In this document: piece after piece, positions 51,946 through 61,070 of the stretch
Position numbering within the stretch: the first letter of the stretch is position 1
How the letters are laid out: each line of letters starts with the position of its first letter
Assembly: GCA_964350935.1 (NCBI GenBank)
Contig: CAYGLL010000004.1
Coordinates: 9,267-73,266, forward strand
Source of the DNA: an uncultured Candidatus Saccharibacteria bacterium
GTDB lineage: Bacteria > Patescibacteriota > Minisyncoccia > Phycocordibacterales > CAYGLL01
DNA: 64,000 nucleotides
Direction: 5' to 3'
Made by a program: the position numbers and the translations under genes
Notes under the pieces: model-generated
Told to the model about the DNA's origin: nothing
What the model saw: the letters and a program-made list of their open reading frames with translations, nothing else
Databases searched by the model: none

Positions 51946-52281
51946 TTAGAAAATTGAATTTCCTAGCGGGACTTCGGTTTGTGGGGTGAGATAGATGGTT
52001 TCGTCTTTGTCGTTTTGGACGCCGAGAATAAGGACCTCGGACTTTTCCGGGCCCATTTGCTTGGTGCCAAGGTTAATGACACAAATGATCTGCTTTCCAA
52101 TGAGGTCTTCCTTTGCATAGTTTCGATACGCACCACAGGATACTTTTGTCCCGATCTCAGGGCCAAGATCAACGGTAATGCGATATGTTGGCTTTTTGGT
52201 CGCCGCATCCTCGACATTCACGATCTTCCCTACCCGAATATCGAGTGCGTCAAAGTTTTTAAATTCAGCAAGAGGTTTCAT
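51946..52281 (-). CDS. csaA: tRNA-binding protein (CsaA/Trbp111-like), copy 2
   Basis: roughly 90% aa identity to copy 1 (49889..50224); nucleotide identity roughly 85%. Confidence 0.7.
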   Translation of the reverse strand: MKPLAEFKNFDALDIRVGKIVNVEDAATKKPTYRITVDLGPEIGTKVSCGAYRNYAKEDLIGKQIICVINLGTKQMGPEKSEVLILGVQNDKDETIYLTPQTEVPLGNSIF

Positions 52282-52811
52282 TTATACTTATCTGGAATTT
52301 TAGCTTTTAAATATGGGGAGTAATATCGGCCATACTTCTGAAATATATCTGGTCGCTGCCAATCGCTTGGTGTAATGAGTTCTCGGCAAGCTCGTGATTT
52401 GCAATTGCATTTGAACGGATCGAAACATGTTTGACTAAATGCGTAATCCCAAGCAATTTCAACGTCAGGTTCTATATCTTCTATAGCAATGATTGTTATT
52501 GTGTCCCGGAATCCGGCGTTTGGATCGCACGCATGATTTATGGTTGCGGTGAGTTCAAGATCTTCTGGCGTTGGTGCCATTAAAAAATTTTCATCAATGT
52601 CGAGTGGTATATTGTCAACAACATAATCCATAAGTTTGTTGTATTTTTCAATGTCTGATTTCGGTACGACAACTCCACCGGTGACTCGAAGTATTTCCCC
52701 TTTTGAAATAAATTCCCTTGCAAAAAGACCCCTAGCACAAATACGAGATTTACGAACCTCAGTCTTAGGATTAAGCCATCTATGCTGCCAAATTTTGTGA
52801 AAATCCTCCAT
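52278..52811 (-). CDS. SET-domain protein (putative lysine methyltransferase) with post-SET Cys cluster
   Basis: ARGLFAREFISKGEIL (N-SET GxG region), INHACDPN (NHSCxPN signature), ..IEPDVEIAWDY (ELxxDY-like), post-SET CNCKSRAC. Confidence 0.7.
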   Translation of the reverse strand: MEDFHKIWQHRWLNPKTEVRKSRICARGLFAREFISKGEILRVTGGVVVPKSDIEKYNKLMDYVVDNIPLDIDENFLMAPTPEDLELTATINHACDPNAGFRDTITIIAIEDIEPDVEIAWDYAFSQTCFDPFKCNCKSRACRELITPSDWQRPDIFQKYGRYYSPYLKAKIPDKYK

Positions 52812-52812
52812 A

Positions 52813-53751
52813 TTAGTTCACCTTATATTCGTCTTTTCCTGTTTTGAGCAGATTGATGAGGGATTTAGTCGCGGCGTCGCTCGTGGTTTTGAGTTCGTTA
52901 AAAGTATTGAACGCGGTTGAGGTGTTCGAACAGTACCAGGTGCTTATCGGCAATTCTTTGGAGCTTGGGTCCGTGAGCGGATGATCCGACGCGGCACGTA
53001 GTCGGCCGCTTTTGAGTTCCTTAAGAAGCGCGTTCTCATCAGTAATAACGGCATTCACAAAAGTAACGAGAAGCGAGCCGTCTTTCATAAGAGCGAACTC
53101 TTTCGCGCCCAAAAGATTATCCGGAGCGTCCTTAGAAACGCAGAGGTATACGATATCGCTCTCTTTAAGCAGGTTTTCGAGTGTGGCATACGAAATGCCA
53201 AGTTCTTTTTCACGCTCCTCGTGTCGGTGTCGGCTGTAATACTGAATTTTTCCGGGGCGGAATGGCTGAAGCATTTTCGTGATTTGGCTACCAATCCTAC
53301 CCAGTCCGATTATGCCGATGTTTTGTCCCTCGATTCCTTTGGTCGTGAAGAATTTCTTTGTTCCGCTAGGGCCAAGATCGAACAGGTTTCTTTGCATGGC
53401 AAGCGTTGCAGCAAGAGCCCACTCCGATACGGCAAAGGTCGGTGCGTCGGGTGTGTTCGCGATGGCAATCCCCTTTTTGGTGACATACTCCCAATTCAAA
53501 ATATATTCTTTGTACCCAATGCCCGTAAAGACCATTGCTTTGAGCGCATCCGCCGCGTCGACAATCTTATTCGTGGTTTTCTCGATCCCACCGATGATAT
53601 AGCCGACTTTGCCTTTTATCGCTTCGATAAGCTGGTCCTCCGATGCCGTAGGTGTGTCGAGCCGTTCTATCTCGTAGCCAGCGTCCGTAAGCATCTTTTC
53701 ATGCTCTTTGAATATAAACAGCGAGTCCGTGATTAGAATTTTAGGTTTCAT
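52813..53751 (-). CDS. D-isomer-specific 2-hydroxyacid dehydrogenase family protein
   Basis: NAD-binding GIIGLGRIG Rossmann motif; two-domain length; catalytic region partially divergent. Confidence 0.65.
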   Translation of the reverse strand: MKPKILITDSLFIFKEHEKMLTDAGYEIERLDTPTASEDQLIEAIKGKVGYIIGGIEKTTNKIVDAADALKAMVFTGIGYKEYILNWEYVTKKGIAIANTPDAPTFAVSEWALAATLAMQRNLFDLGPSGTKKFFTTKGIEGQNIGIIGLGRIGSQITKMLQPFRPGKIQYYSRHRHEEREKELGISYATLENLLKESDIVYLCVSKDAPDNLLGAKEFALMKDGSLLVTFVNAVITDENALLKELKSGRLRAASDHPLTDPSSKELPISTWYCSNTSTAFNTFNELKTTSDAATKSLINLLKTGKDEYKVN

Positions 53752-53917
53752 TTGAAAACGGAGTTATTTCTCCACATTTGAGATTGTAACAGCGGATTAC
53801 TGTTTCAGCAGGAAGTGCTGTATATTTACCACGCGAATTTGTATCGCCGATCTTTACTTCCGCAGTAGTCTCTATTAAGGCATTATCACTTTTACATTTC
53901 GGACAAGTTGCTTTCAT
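53741..53917 (-). CDS. zinc-ribbon mini-protein (58 aa), translationally coupled to dehydrogenase gene
   Basis: hand translation MKATCPKCKSDN...IRCYNLKCGEITPFSNET with CPKC...C..LKC pairs; stop overlaps the downstream ATG; below the ORF-track length cutoff. Confidence 0.4.
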   Translation of the reverse strand: MKATCPKCKSDNALIETTAEVKIGDTNSRGKYTALPAETVIRCYNLKCGEITPFSNET

Positions 53918-53921
53918 ATTA

Positions 53922-54275
53922 TTATTTACATTGAATAAATTGTAGGATAAATGTCAGGGCCGAGATAATGATGGCAACCACAGAAAGCCAAAAAGCATTT
54001 TTTGAGTTCTGTCGCGCCTCCTTCAATTCATCGTAGTCTGTTACTTTTGAGACCAGGTCAAGTGGTGGAATCCATGAGCCGCCCCTTCCAGTTCGAGAGT
54101 AATTTCGTCCGGCTGGCGCTTGAAGCTCTTCCTCGATAAATTGGTTGAAATGACCCTCACTAATCGTGTAATTATTTTTTAGATAATTTTTCAGTTCTTC
54201 AAATTGAAATCCCTTTTCAGAGTTATCGACACAATAACGAGCTGCAGCAATTTGCCAAGGTTCTTTTTTTGACAT
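53922..54275 (-). CDS. hypothetical protein with C-terminal TM anchor
   Basis: ORF; no family recognised. Confidence 0.35.
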   Translation of the reverse strand: MSKKEPWQIAAARYCVDNSEKGFQFEELKNYLKNNYTISEGHFNQFIEEELQAPAGRNYSRTGRGGSWIPPLDLVSKVTDYDELKEARQNSKNAFWLSVVAIIISALTFILQFIQCK

Positions 54276-54283
54276 CGAATTAA

Positions 54284-54808
54284 CTACTTTATCTTCTTCT
54301 CAAGTAAAAAGTCTAAGTGTCTTTGCAATTTCAGGTACCAAAGAATAAAACCAGTGACTGACAAAAACAGGCCCGCAATAGACATCATCTCATAAAGTTT
54401 TATTTGCCCCTTTGCCCGATTGAGTATATCAATGAAGTAATCGTGAGAAATTTTTTCTGAGTCGATTTCCCTCGCCAACCCAGAAAGACGGTCTGTTTCA
54501 GACGAGATGAGTTCAAACTGGTTCGCAAGTAATTCTTCAAATTTATACAAGTCTAACTCGCTATTGTTTTTATAGGCGTCAATTTTAAGTTGAGAGATCT
54601 TAATCATAGCTTCTGCCTGAGCACTTTTTATTTCAGAAGCAGCCATGCTTCTCGCAAGTTGCACGTGAGCAGTTTCTACTTCAAAATGCTTGGTGAGGAT
54701 TTTGTCCAGAAGTATTTGGGGAAGAACAACAGATAGGGTGATTAAGAACAGTCCAGTTATGGCAATAAACTTATATAAATTATCAGTAGGAATTTTCAGC
54801 GCATCCAT
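54284..54808 (-). CDS. hypothetical two-TM membrane protein with coiled coil
   Basis: ORF; TM helices near N and C termini. Confidence 0.35.
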   Translation of the reverse strand: MDALKIPTDNLYKFIAITGLFLITLSVVLPQILLDKILTKHFEVETAHVQLARSMAASEIKSAQAEAMIKISQLKIDAYKNNSELDLYKFEELLANQFELISSETDRLSGLAREIDSEKISHDYFIDILNRAKGQIKLYEMMSIAGLFLSVTGFILWYLKLQRHLDFLLEKKIK

Positions 54809-54820
54809 AATAGGCTCTGA

Positions 54821-55810
54821 CTAATACAACTTCGTGCCGAGGCGGGCGTGGACAAGGGTCATTTTCTTTTCGGCGATAGCGCGGGCTTTTTCGCCGCCAG
54901 CTTTGAGGACATCGAGAACCGCGGCGCGGTTGTGCTCGAGTTCACTGCGGCGGTTACGAAGTGGAGTTACGAATTTAATGAGATCGGCGATAAGAGCCTC
55001 TTTGAGGTCTTTGTACTTTCCTCGTTTGTTGACATAGAGTTTCTCAAGTTCAGCTTCGGGACGGAACAGTTTGTGTATCTCGTAGACGTTGGTCGGTGTG
55101 TCTCCAGATGAGTCGGTAACGATCGACATGACGAGTTTCTTTATCTCCTCGTCGGTCGCAAACAGTGGGATTGTATTTTTGTAGCTCTTGGACATCTTCT
55201 GGCCATCAATTCCCGGAACAGTCGCAACATCGGCGAAGATCATCGGCGCGGGCAGGCGGAATGTCTCACCAAAAATACGATTGAATTTTTCGGCCGTGTC
55301 GCGAGCAATCTCAATATGTTGTTTTTGATCTTGCCCCACCGGCACGACATCGGCGTCATACAGCAAAATATCCGCCGCCATGAGCATTGGGTAGTTGAAC
55401 GTGCCCACCGAAAGCTCTTTGTTCTTGGCTTCGGCGTCTTTGAAGGCGTGGGCGCGCATGAGGTATGGCATGGTCGTGATGCAGTCGAATATCCATGCAA
55501 GTTCGGCATGTGAGGCGATGTCGGATTGTTTGAAAATAGTGACCTTGTTCGGGTCGAGGCCGATAGCGAGGTAATCGAGAGCAACGCCCATGATCATCTC
55601 ACTCATCTCCTCTTTGTTCTGGACGCTCGTGAGGGCGTGGAGGTCGGCAATAAATATGTAGCAATCATACTTCTCTTGAAGTTCAACAAACTGCCTCATC
55701 GCGCCGAAATAATTGCCAATATGAGGCCTACCCGTGGGTTTGATCCCCGAGAGCATAGTCTTCTTAGACTCTGATTCCGATTTTATTGATTTGTCCGTTT
55801 TTGACGGCAT
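54821..55810 (-). CDS. trpS: tryptophanyl-tRNA synthetase
   Basis: HIGNY (HIGH) and KMSKS motifs; start placed at MPSKTDKS (55810) because the longer ORF would run through the upstream terminator hairpin; MLSGIKPTG at 55756 is an alternative start. Confidence 0.85.
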   Translation of the reverse strand: MPSKTDKSIKSESESKKTMLSGIKPTGRPHIGNYFGAMRQFVELQEKYDCYIFIADLHALTSVQNKEEMSEMIMGVALDYLAIGLDPNKVTIFKQSDIASHAELAWIFDCITTMPYLMRAHAFKDAEAKNKELSVGTFNYPMLMAADILLYDADVVPVGQDQKQHIEIARDTAEKFNRIFGETFRLPAPMIFADVATVPGIDGQKMSKSYKNTIPLFATDEEIKKLVMSIVTDSSGDTPTNVYEIHKLFRPEAELEKLYVNKRGKYKDLKEALIADLIKFVTPLRNRRSELEHNRAAVLDVLKAGGEKARAIAEKKMTLVHARLGTKLY

Positions 55811-55845
55811 GGCGAAATCGTAGCACAAAAGTGGCTTAGGATAAA
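55677..55845 (-). repeat. direct-repeat copy A: native trpS promoter region and first roughly 45 codons
   Basis: roughly 80-85% identical to 61630..61795 (for example ttgccaatatgagg..cccgtgggtttga..agcatagtcttcttagac..gatttgtccgtttttgacggcatg). Confidence 0.6.
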
Positions 55846-55851
55846 GATTTA

Positions 55852-55885
55852 AAAACACCCCTCGCATGTGCGAGGGGTGTTGTAG
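55852..55885 (-). terminator. Rho-independent terminator after C39-domain gene, immediately upstream of trpS
   Basis: acacccctcgca-tgtg-cgaggggtgt hairpin followed on minus strand by T-run. Confidence 0.6.
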
Positions 55886-55893
55886 TGAAGCAA

Positions 55894-57453
55894 TTACTTT
55901 TTCAGAAACCCTTTCGCTTCCCGCTCAAATTGCGGCAGCGATTTGAGTAGATTGGTGCGAGCGGACTGATTTTTTCGGATAGCGAGAAGCCACGATCCAA
56001 TCGGAGTGGAAGAGAATCTCCTCATCTGTCCAGATGACCAGTTTTCCTGCTTTCTTGAAAGCGGATCACACACCACGAAACCGTGCTGATTGTAACCTGA
56101 AACCACAACCGCATGAAGCATACCGCACATGCCGGCAAGAATGACTAGGTAGTCATCGTTCAAAAGTGAAGTAATGAGTTCGGGTGTAATCGGCACACCA
56201 TTTCTCACAACGGCACATGGACCACAATTATCAATGAAGCCTTGATACTCTGCCATGAGTGCCGAAAATGTTTCAGGATCAAGATAAGCGTTGCCATTTT
56301 GGAACATGCCGCTTTCGGAATGAATCAGTTGAGTTTCAAGTCCGTGGCAGTCAGCATACTTCTGTAATCCGGAGAAATGCGTTCCGGGTATGAGTTTTGC
56401 CGCACTTGCCTCGTAAATGGCATGTTCTGTTTTTACTGAAAGTTCCGTCAGTTCCAAGTGGTGGAGAATCATAGTGAGGCTCGCCGCACCACAGGTGTAT
56501 GGAGTTGACTGTCGGAATGGAGTTACATTTTTGACCATAAGTTCCTTTCTATAAACGTGAAGTTTTTCTAATCCTTCGGCCACCTGATTATCGTCAAGAG
56601 CGTAGATCGCTCCTGTGTTCAGAATAATCTTCGTGTCGTTAAGTAGGGTCAGAACAGCCCGTCTCAGGACATACCCTGAAATCCCTACCAATGTAGTAAG
56701 CATGGAGTACTCGTCGGTATTGTCATAGGTAATTGTCCTGGCAAGGGCTGAGACGTACGGGCGTTCCATCGCAAAGTAAAAGTGCTCGACACGTTTCGCG
56801 ACGCTCCCCCGTGTCTTACTGATTCGCTCTCGGATAACCTTGGGCGAACTATTTCTGAAGGCACTCAAATTTGCAAGTCGTCCTTCAAAAATGAGTTTGT
56901 CACCCGCATGGTATTTCTGCAGAAGGTCCTCAGTTTTTTTGCGTTTGCGCCCAGCAAGAAACAGTTCCAGGTGATCGGCCATGTAGGTCGCCCAAAAAGA
57001 AGGAGTTGGTGGCGTCAGAAGAAGTGTTGCCTCTGCGTCACTCAACATCATTTTTTGTTGCAGCCAGCTGGTCCAATACTCGATGTGCTTTTTGATCGCG
57101 GCTGTGGGAATAAGTGTCGCCTGGTCGATTAAGGATGCGACAGCATACATTTTGCCAAGTTCCACGACGCGCTCCTCGGTTAGATCAAATACGGTGCGGG
57201 GCAGAAGATCATTCAGCGCAGGTTCAAGGAGTTCTTCAAAGAAAACATTGTGCCAGTTCCACCGGTTGACGAGTTCTTCATAAAATGTCACCGGATCTTT
57301 GCGGGCCTGTTCTTCAACTAAGTTCCGAAGTAAGGGGTTTGATTGTGCAAAGTAGCGATTCGCGCCCAACAGTTCTTTGGTCAGAATCTCATCGATACTG
57401 CCCTTCCAACCATCAGGAATAAGTACGGATTTACGGTTTTTGGGTGTATTCAT
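55894..57453 (-). CDS. protein with C-terminal C39-like papain-fold cysteine peptidase domain and uncharacterised N-terminal domain
   Basis: C-terminal Q..TCGAASLTMIL (Gln oxyanion/Cys), H (LHAVVVSG) and D (VVCDP) spacing typical of C39 double-glycine leader peptidases; N-terminal 300 aa unassigned. Confidence 0.55.
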   Translation of the reverse strand: MNTPKNRKSVLIPDGWKGSIDEILTKELLGANRYFAQSNPLLRNLVEEQARKDPVTFYEELVNRWNWHNVFFEELLEPALNDLLPRTVFDLTEERVVELGKMYAVASLIDQATLIPTAAIKKHIEYWTSWLQQKMMLSDAEATLLLTPPTPSFWATYMADHLELFLAGRKRKKTEDLLQKYHAGDKLIFEGRLANLSAFRNSSPKVIRERISKTRGSVAKRVEHFYFAMERPYVSALARTITYDNTDEYSMLTTLVGISGYVLRRAVLTLLNDTKIILNTGAIYALDDNQVAEGLEKLHVYRKELMVKNVTPFRQSTPYTCGAASLTMILHHLELTELSVKTEHAIYEASAAKLIPGTHFSGLQKYADCHGLETQLIHSESGMFQNGNAYLDPETFSALMAEYQGFIDNCGPCAVVRNGVPITPELITSLLNDDYLVILAGMCGMLHAVVVSGYNQHGFVVCDPLSRKQENWSSGQMRRFSSTPIGSWLLAIRKNQSARTNLLKSLPQFEREAKGFLKK

Positions 57454-57498
57454 GTTGTAAAGACCTTTTAAATGAGACTACTCCACGCCATCATTAAG

Positions 57499-58167
57499 TC
57501 AATGCTTTTTGAGAAACGCGATAGTTTTTTCAAGTAGTTCATCTTCGTCTTTTTCTCCCATGAGGGAATGGGATGAATTATTAAGAGTGTACATAGTTGC
57601 ATTAGACAGGATTTCAGCCAGACTCATTGAATTTTGAAGCGGAACAACGGTGTCCTTGCTGCCGTGCAGAATGCAAATGGGAATGCGCAACGAAGTAGCC
57701 CACGTCCGGTTAATTTCTATATCAAGCACATTGCGAACATTTTTAAGCTCAACCGAGCTCAGTTTACTTACGGTTTCCTCGCCGGAGGTTACTCCAATCG
57801 CCGGAGCCCAGAGTGTTAAAGCGCGTATCAGTGGGTTACGGTATGAAATTAAAAGTGTCGCTCCAAAACTTTTTCCAATAGCAGTAAATTGCTTGAACCC
57901 TTGTTGAGAAAAATAATTGAGAATAGCGTCAAGCTCTTGATGATAATAGTTGATAGTTGAGCGCTCTAGTTCGGACTGATTCTGCCACATGTCTACTCGA
58001 GCAAGCGGCATTCCCTCACGGGTAAAATAAGATTCTAGCCGGGCATATTTGTCTGTAGTGGCCACGCCGCTGATTCCTGCTATAAAAAGCACTAAGTTTT
58101 TTGCTTGATCAGTCTTTATGTCGTTTAGGGCAACAAGACTATTACTTATTTTGATTATATTTTGCAT
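57499..58167 (-). CDS. alpha/beta-fold hydrolase
   Basis: GKSFG nucleophile elbow (GxSxG), ...HGSKD... His region. Confidence 0.55.
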   Translation of the reverse strand: MQNIIKISNSLVALNDIKTDQAKNLVLFIAGISGVATTDKYARLESYFTREGMPLARVDMWQNQSELERSTINYYHQELDAILNYFSQQGFKQFTAIGKSFGATLLISYRNPLIRALTLWAPAIGVTSGEETVSKLSSVELKNVRNVLDIEINRTWATSLRIPICILHGSKDTVVPLQNSMSLAEILSNATMYTLNNSSHSLMGEKDEDELLEKTIAFLKKH

Positions 58168-58171
58168 ATCT

Positions 58172-59422
58172 TTATGGAAAAGGATGAGGAAGTTTTTGAG
58201 ACCTAGGCTTAATTCCTCTTCGAAGCGCCTGCCCCAGCTTTGGTAGTATGTGCGATTTATTTAAATCAATCATTCGAGGTATGACAACACGAGCAATTGT
58301 GAACCCGCTGTCCTTAAGGTCTGTCGAAGTTATGTCTTTATAATAGACCTCAAATTTTTTTTCCGAAAGTTTATTAAAAAGCGAACGTTGAGACAAAGTG
58401 GTTGCTTTATAAGGAATTTTTTTTACAATCTTAGTCCGTAAAAGATCGAAATTTTCACCCTGATAAAAAAGAAAGTGCTCAAACAGCGCGGTAATATCTT
58501 TCGGCCTATCCTTCCTGTATTCTAACAAATCCATTGAATAGAAATAGGTAAAGAGGGCCTCTATAAGAGCCTTTTCAACTGCTCGGTTTGAATCAAGATG
58601 CGAACACGAACCTATTCCAAAATGGTAGCCCTTCTTTCTACTTTTTGTCCATACGTATGCGCCGAAAGTTGGAACAGATACTGCCGCAGGAAGTATGAAT
58701 AGTTCGAGATTATAGTATTTTTGTATTTTTTTAATGAATTTTTTAAGTTTGAGGGGGAGTGTCTCAGTATCCACACTATCAAGTTCGGTATCTGAATAGT
58801 GCCGCATCATTTGTGCATCACGCTCGATTATTTCTAACGTTCCACCGAGAATTGAGTCAGCCAGTTTTTTTCCAGCCGCGATCCCCGTTGAAGTTGTTTC
58901 TGCTATTTTTTCAAGGTGAAATGGCAAGTAGACAAGTGCCGCCGGCCAGTACAGTTCTTTTTTTCTCTGCGCAGACTTTATTTTTACCCAGTGAATTAGA
59001 TCTGTTGTGGCATTTTTAAAATGAACAGGAGTTGTTGTGGGTCCGTATATATTCAAATCAATTTTTGAAGGCGCACAAGATGAGTCAAGATCTTTATGTT
59101 TTGACAAAAGAAGTTCTGGGCGAGAATAGAAAGACATCGCGTATCGTTCAAGTGATTCTCCAATGCATGCGAATAGTGCTGATTTTTTATTGGACGCAAC
59201 ACCTAACCCGCCCGAAGAAAGTTCCTCGGTTTGATTACTGTTAAGTACGGTTATTTTTGCTGTTAGTGATTGAAAAGAGTTTAGGCCGAATCGGCTAAGC
59301 ATGTCTCGTTCCAGGATTGCGTTTATGTGTCCGGTAAACTTGCTGATCAAGGGTTCAAGCTGTTTTCGCTCTCTCTTTGTCAGAAACCTCAATTTTTTTG
59401 TTGAAGTGTGAATATTATTCAT
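58172..59422 (-). CDS. YcaO-domain protein
   Basis: ALFACIGESLERY and GTLEIIERDA ATP/Mg-binding signatures of YcaO cyclodehydratase-type domain; ATG at 59422 (MNNIH) gives ATGAATAA start/stop coupling with the upstream ORF. Confidence 0.65.
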   Translation of the reverse strand: MNNIHTSTKKLRFLTKRERKQLEPLISKFTGHINAILERDMLSRFGLNSFQSLTAKITVLNSNQTEELSSGGLGVASNKKSALFACIGESLERYAMSFYSRPELLLSKHKDLDSSCAPSKIDLNIYGPTTTPVHFKNATTDLIHWVKIKSAQRKKELYWPAALVYLPFHLEKIAETTSTGIAAGKKLADSILGGTLEIIERDAQMMRHYSDTELDSVDTETLPLKLKKFIKKIQKYYNLELFILPAAVSVPTFGAYVWTKSRKKGYHFGIGSCSHLDSNRAVEKALIEALFTYFYSMDLLEYRKDRPKDITALFEHFLFYQGENFDLLRTKIVKKIPYKATTLSQRSLFNKLSEKKFEVYYKDITSTDLKDSGFTIARVVIPRMIDLNKSHILPKLGQALRRGIKPRSQKLPHPFP

Positions 59423-59834
59423 ACACCGGTAGTGGGCGTATCGTGTGCAGTTTGATGAGTTTTCCGGTATTTCCAAGTTCGAGCATGTACCTTTTTCCAA
59501 AGACTTGGACAAATTTTTTCCTGAGAATTTTTTGAAGTACCTGTGACCTGTTCGGATTTATGAGTTTTATTTTTTTTGAGTCAATAAACGAAGATGAAGA
59601 AATGCGTTTAAGGATAAGTTCAAAATCTGCTAAATTTTTAAGCGTTGGCCCAACTAAGTAAGAATGCGAAAAACGTGCAATAAAGATCGCCGGGACCGTT
59701 TCAGCTCCAGCATCCTTACCCCTTTTTCCTAGCCGGACTTGTTCTTTTGCCATTTTTCTTAACACAACATCACCATTGTGTGGTGATGTTGTGTTCTGCT
59801 TAGGCGGTGCAGAGGAGGTCAAACTTTTTAGCAA
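59415..59834 (-). CDS. hypothetical basic protein, translationally coupled to ycaO-like gene
   Basis: ORF (TTG at 59834; first ATG about 59753); no family recognised; stop overlaps the YcaO start. Confidence 0.35.
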   Translation of the reverse strand: MLKSLTSSAPPKQNTTSPHNGDVVLRKMAKEQVRLGKRGKDAGAETVPAIFIARFSHSYLVGPTLKNLADFELILKRISSSSFIDSKKIKLINPNRSQVLQKILRKKFVQVFGKRYMLELGNTGKLIKLHTIRPLPVYE

Positions 59835-60018
59835 ATTTTTTCATTGTGTATTTGCTTAGTCCGATTGATAATAAAGTTCGAAGCTAAGTATAAGTGTATC
59901 ACTGTTGAAATATGTTGCAAGTTAATAACAACATGAATTGATTATCAATATTTAAGTTATGTATGGCGGTGTGTTTCAGAATTAAGGTTAAAGCCTAGTG
60001 TACTCATTTCAGTTCTGT

Positions 60019-60552
60019 TTATCGGAAAAAAAATTTACTAATTAACTTCGGCAGATCCCCTTTTGCCCTATCACCTCCTTTTATCTTTTCCAAAAGTTCA
60101 CTGGGCAAAAGCCAGAAAAATTCAATAAAATCTCTTGTGTTGTAGCGCGGATCAGCATTCAAAGAAATCTCGTACACGTTCATAAAAGCAGACACACCGT
60201 GCTCGTGCGGTGTTAAGTGACCGAGCAATTTCCACGTTGTAGTTTCAGTGTCTACGTTTAGTTCTTCTGCCGTCTCGCGTTTAAATGCCTGGTCGTATGT
60301 TTCCCCGCTTTCTACGTGTCCACCCATACTCATATCAAGGCAGAGCGGAAATATTCGTTTGTCTACCGATCTGCGCGGAATCCACATTTTTCCTTCAGAG
60401 TTTACGACAAATGCGTTTACTACTCGGAAATTTGAAAGACCTTCGGCGTAAATTTCTTTTCGAGATTTTTTGCCAATCACCTTGTCATTTCGGTCCACAA
60501 GGTCGAGATATTCTTCTTGCACAGGTTGAATCTTGTTAGTTTCAGGTACCAT
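60019..60552 (-). CDS. Nudix hydrolase
   Basis: Nudix box GGHVESGETYDQAFKRETAEELNV (Gx5Ex7REuxEExGu). Confidence 0.75.
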   Translation of the reverse strand: MVPETNKIQPVQEEYLDLVDRNDKVIGKKSRKEIYAEGLSNFRVVNAFVVNSEGKMWIPRRSVDKRIFPLCLDMSMGGHVESGETYDQAFKRETAEELNVDTETTTWKLLGHLTPHEHGVSAFMNVYEISLNADPRYNTRDFIEFFWLLPSELLEKIKGGDRAKGDLPKLISKFFFR

Positions 60553-60692
60553 ATCTGAAATAATATCAAAAATCGGCCTTAAAATAAGGCTAATCCCTAT
60601 TACGTATACTTGACTTTATTTATTATTTATGTTAGGCTATTTTTTAGCAATTTTCAGTCCTTTAACATCAACCACAACCGCAGAAATCCTCT

Positions 60693-61037
60693 ATGAAAAC
60701 ACTCGAAATTAACGGAGAACTCTGGTTCTACCTCGGCGAGCCTTTTGCCGTACGGTGCGATGATCAATGTGGCCTGACCGCTGTCGGAAACATCAGGCGG
60801 GCCAAAGAAGGTAAGCCTCGCAAAGTTTGGATCCACAGTCTCGCGGATGCCTTTGCTTGCGCTGAAGAGTGGGCCGCTAATAACGACCACCTTTCGGGGT
60901 ATGTTTTGGACTTCGCCAATCGCACTGTTTACTACGACAACGATCGGGCACTCCGACAGTTGAAGAGGAAGATCTTCCCTCAACGTAACCTCGTCGGCTA
61001 CTTCACAACCTTTACCCAAAGGTCGTTCAAGAAGTAA
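60693..61037 (+). CDS. hypothetical protein (higher-GC segment)
   Basis: ORF; plus strand preferred because of strong downstream plus-strand terminator; no family recognised. Confidence 0.3.
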   Translation: MKTLEINGELWFYLGEPFAVRCDDQCGLTAVGNIRRAKEGKPRKVWIHSLADAFACAEEWAANNDHLSGYVLDFANRTVYYDNDRALRQLKRKIFPQRNLVGYFTTFTQRSFKK

Positions 61038-61070
61038 CCGAACAAAACACAGCCAACAGAAAGGTAATGG

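Noticed and set aside
54821-55867. Longer trpS start at 55867 (MRGVFLNL...)
   Set aside because: That N-terminal extension would be translated through the upstream gene's terminator hairpin and is absent from the duplicated copy. The MPSKTDKS start at 55810 is preferred.
59835-60018. Mini-ORFs (MSTLGFNLNSETHRHT; MKKFAKKF...) upstream of the YcaO operon as RiPP precursor candidates
   Set aside because: They are too short, lack a Cys/Ser/Thr-rich core and lack clear ribosome-binding sites. They are mentioned only as places to look.
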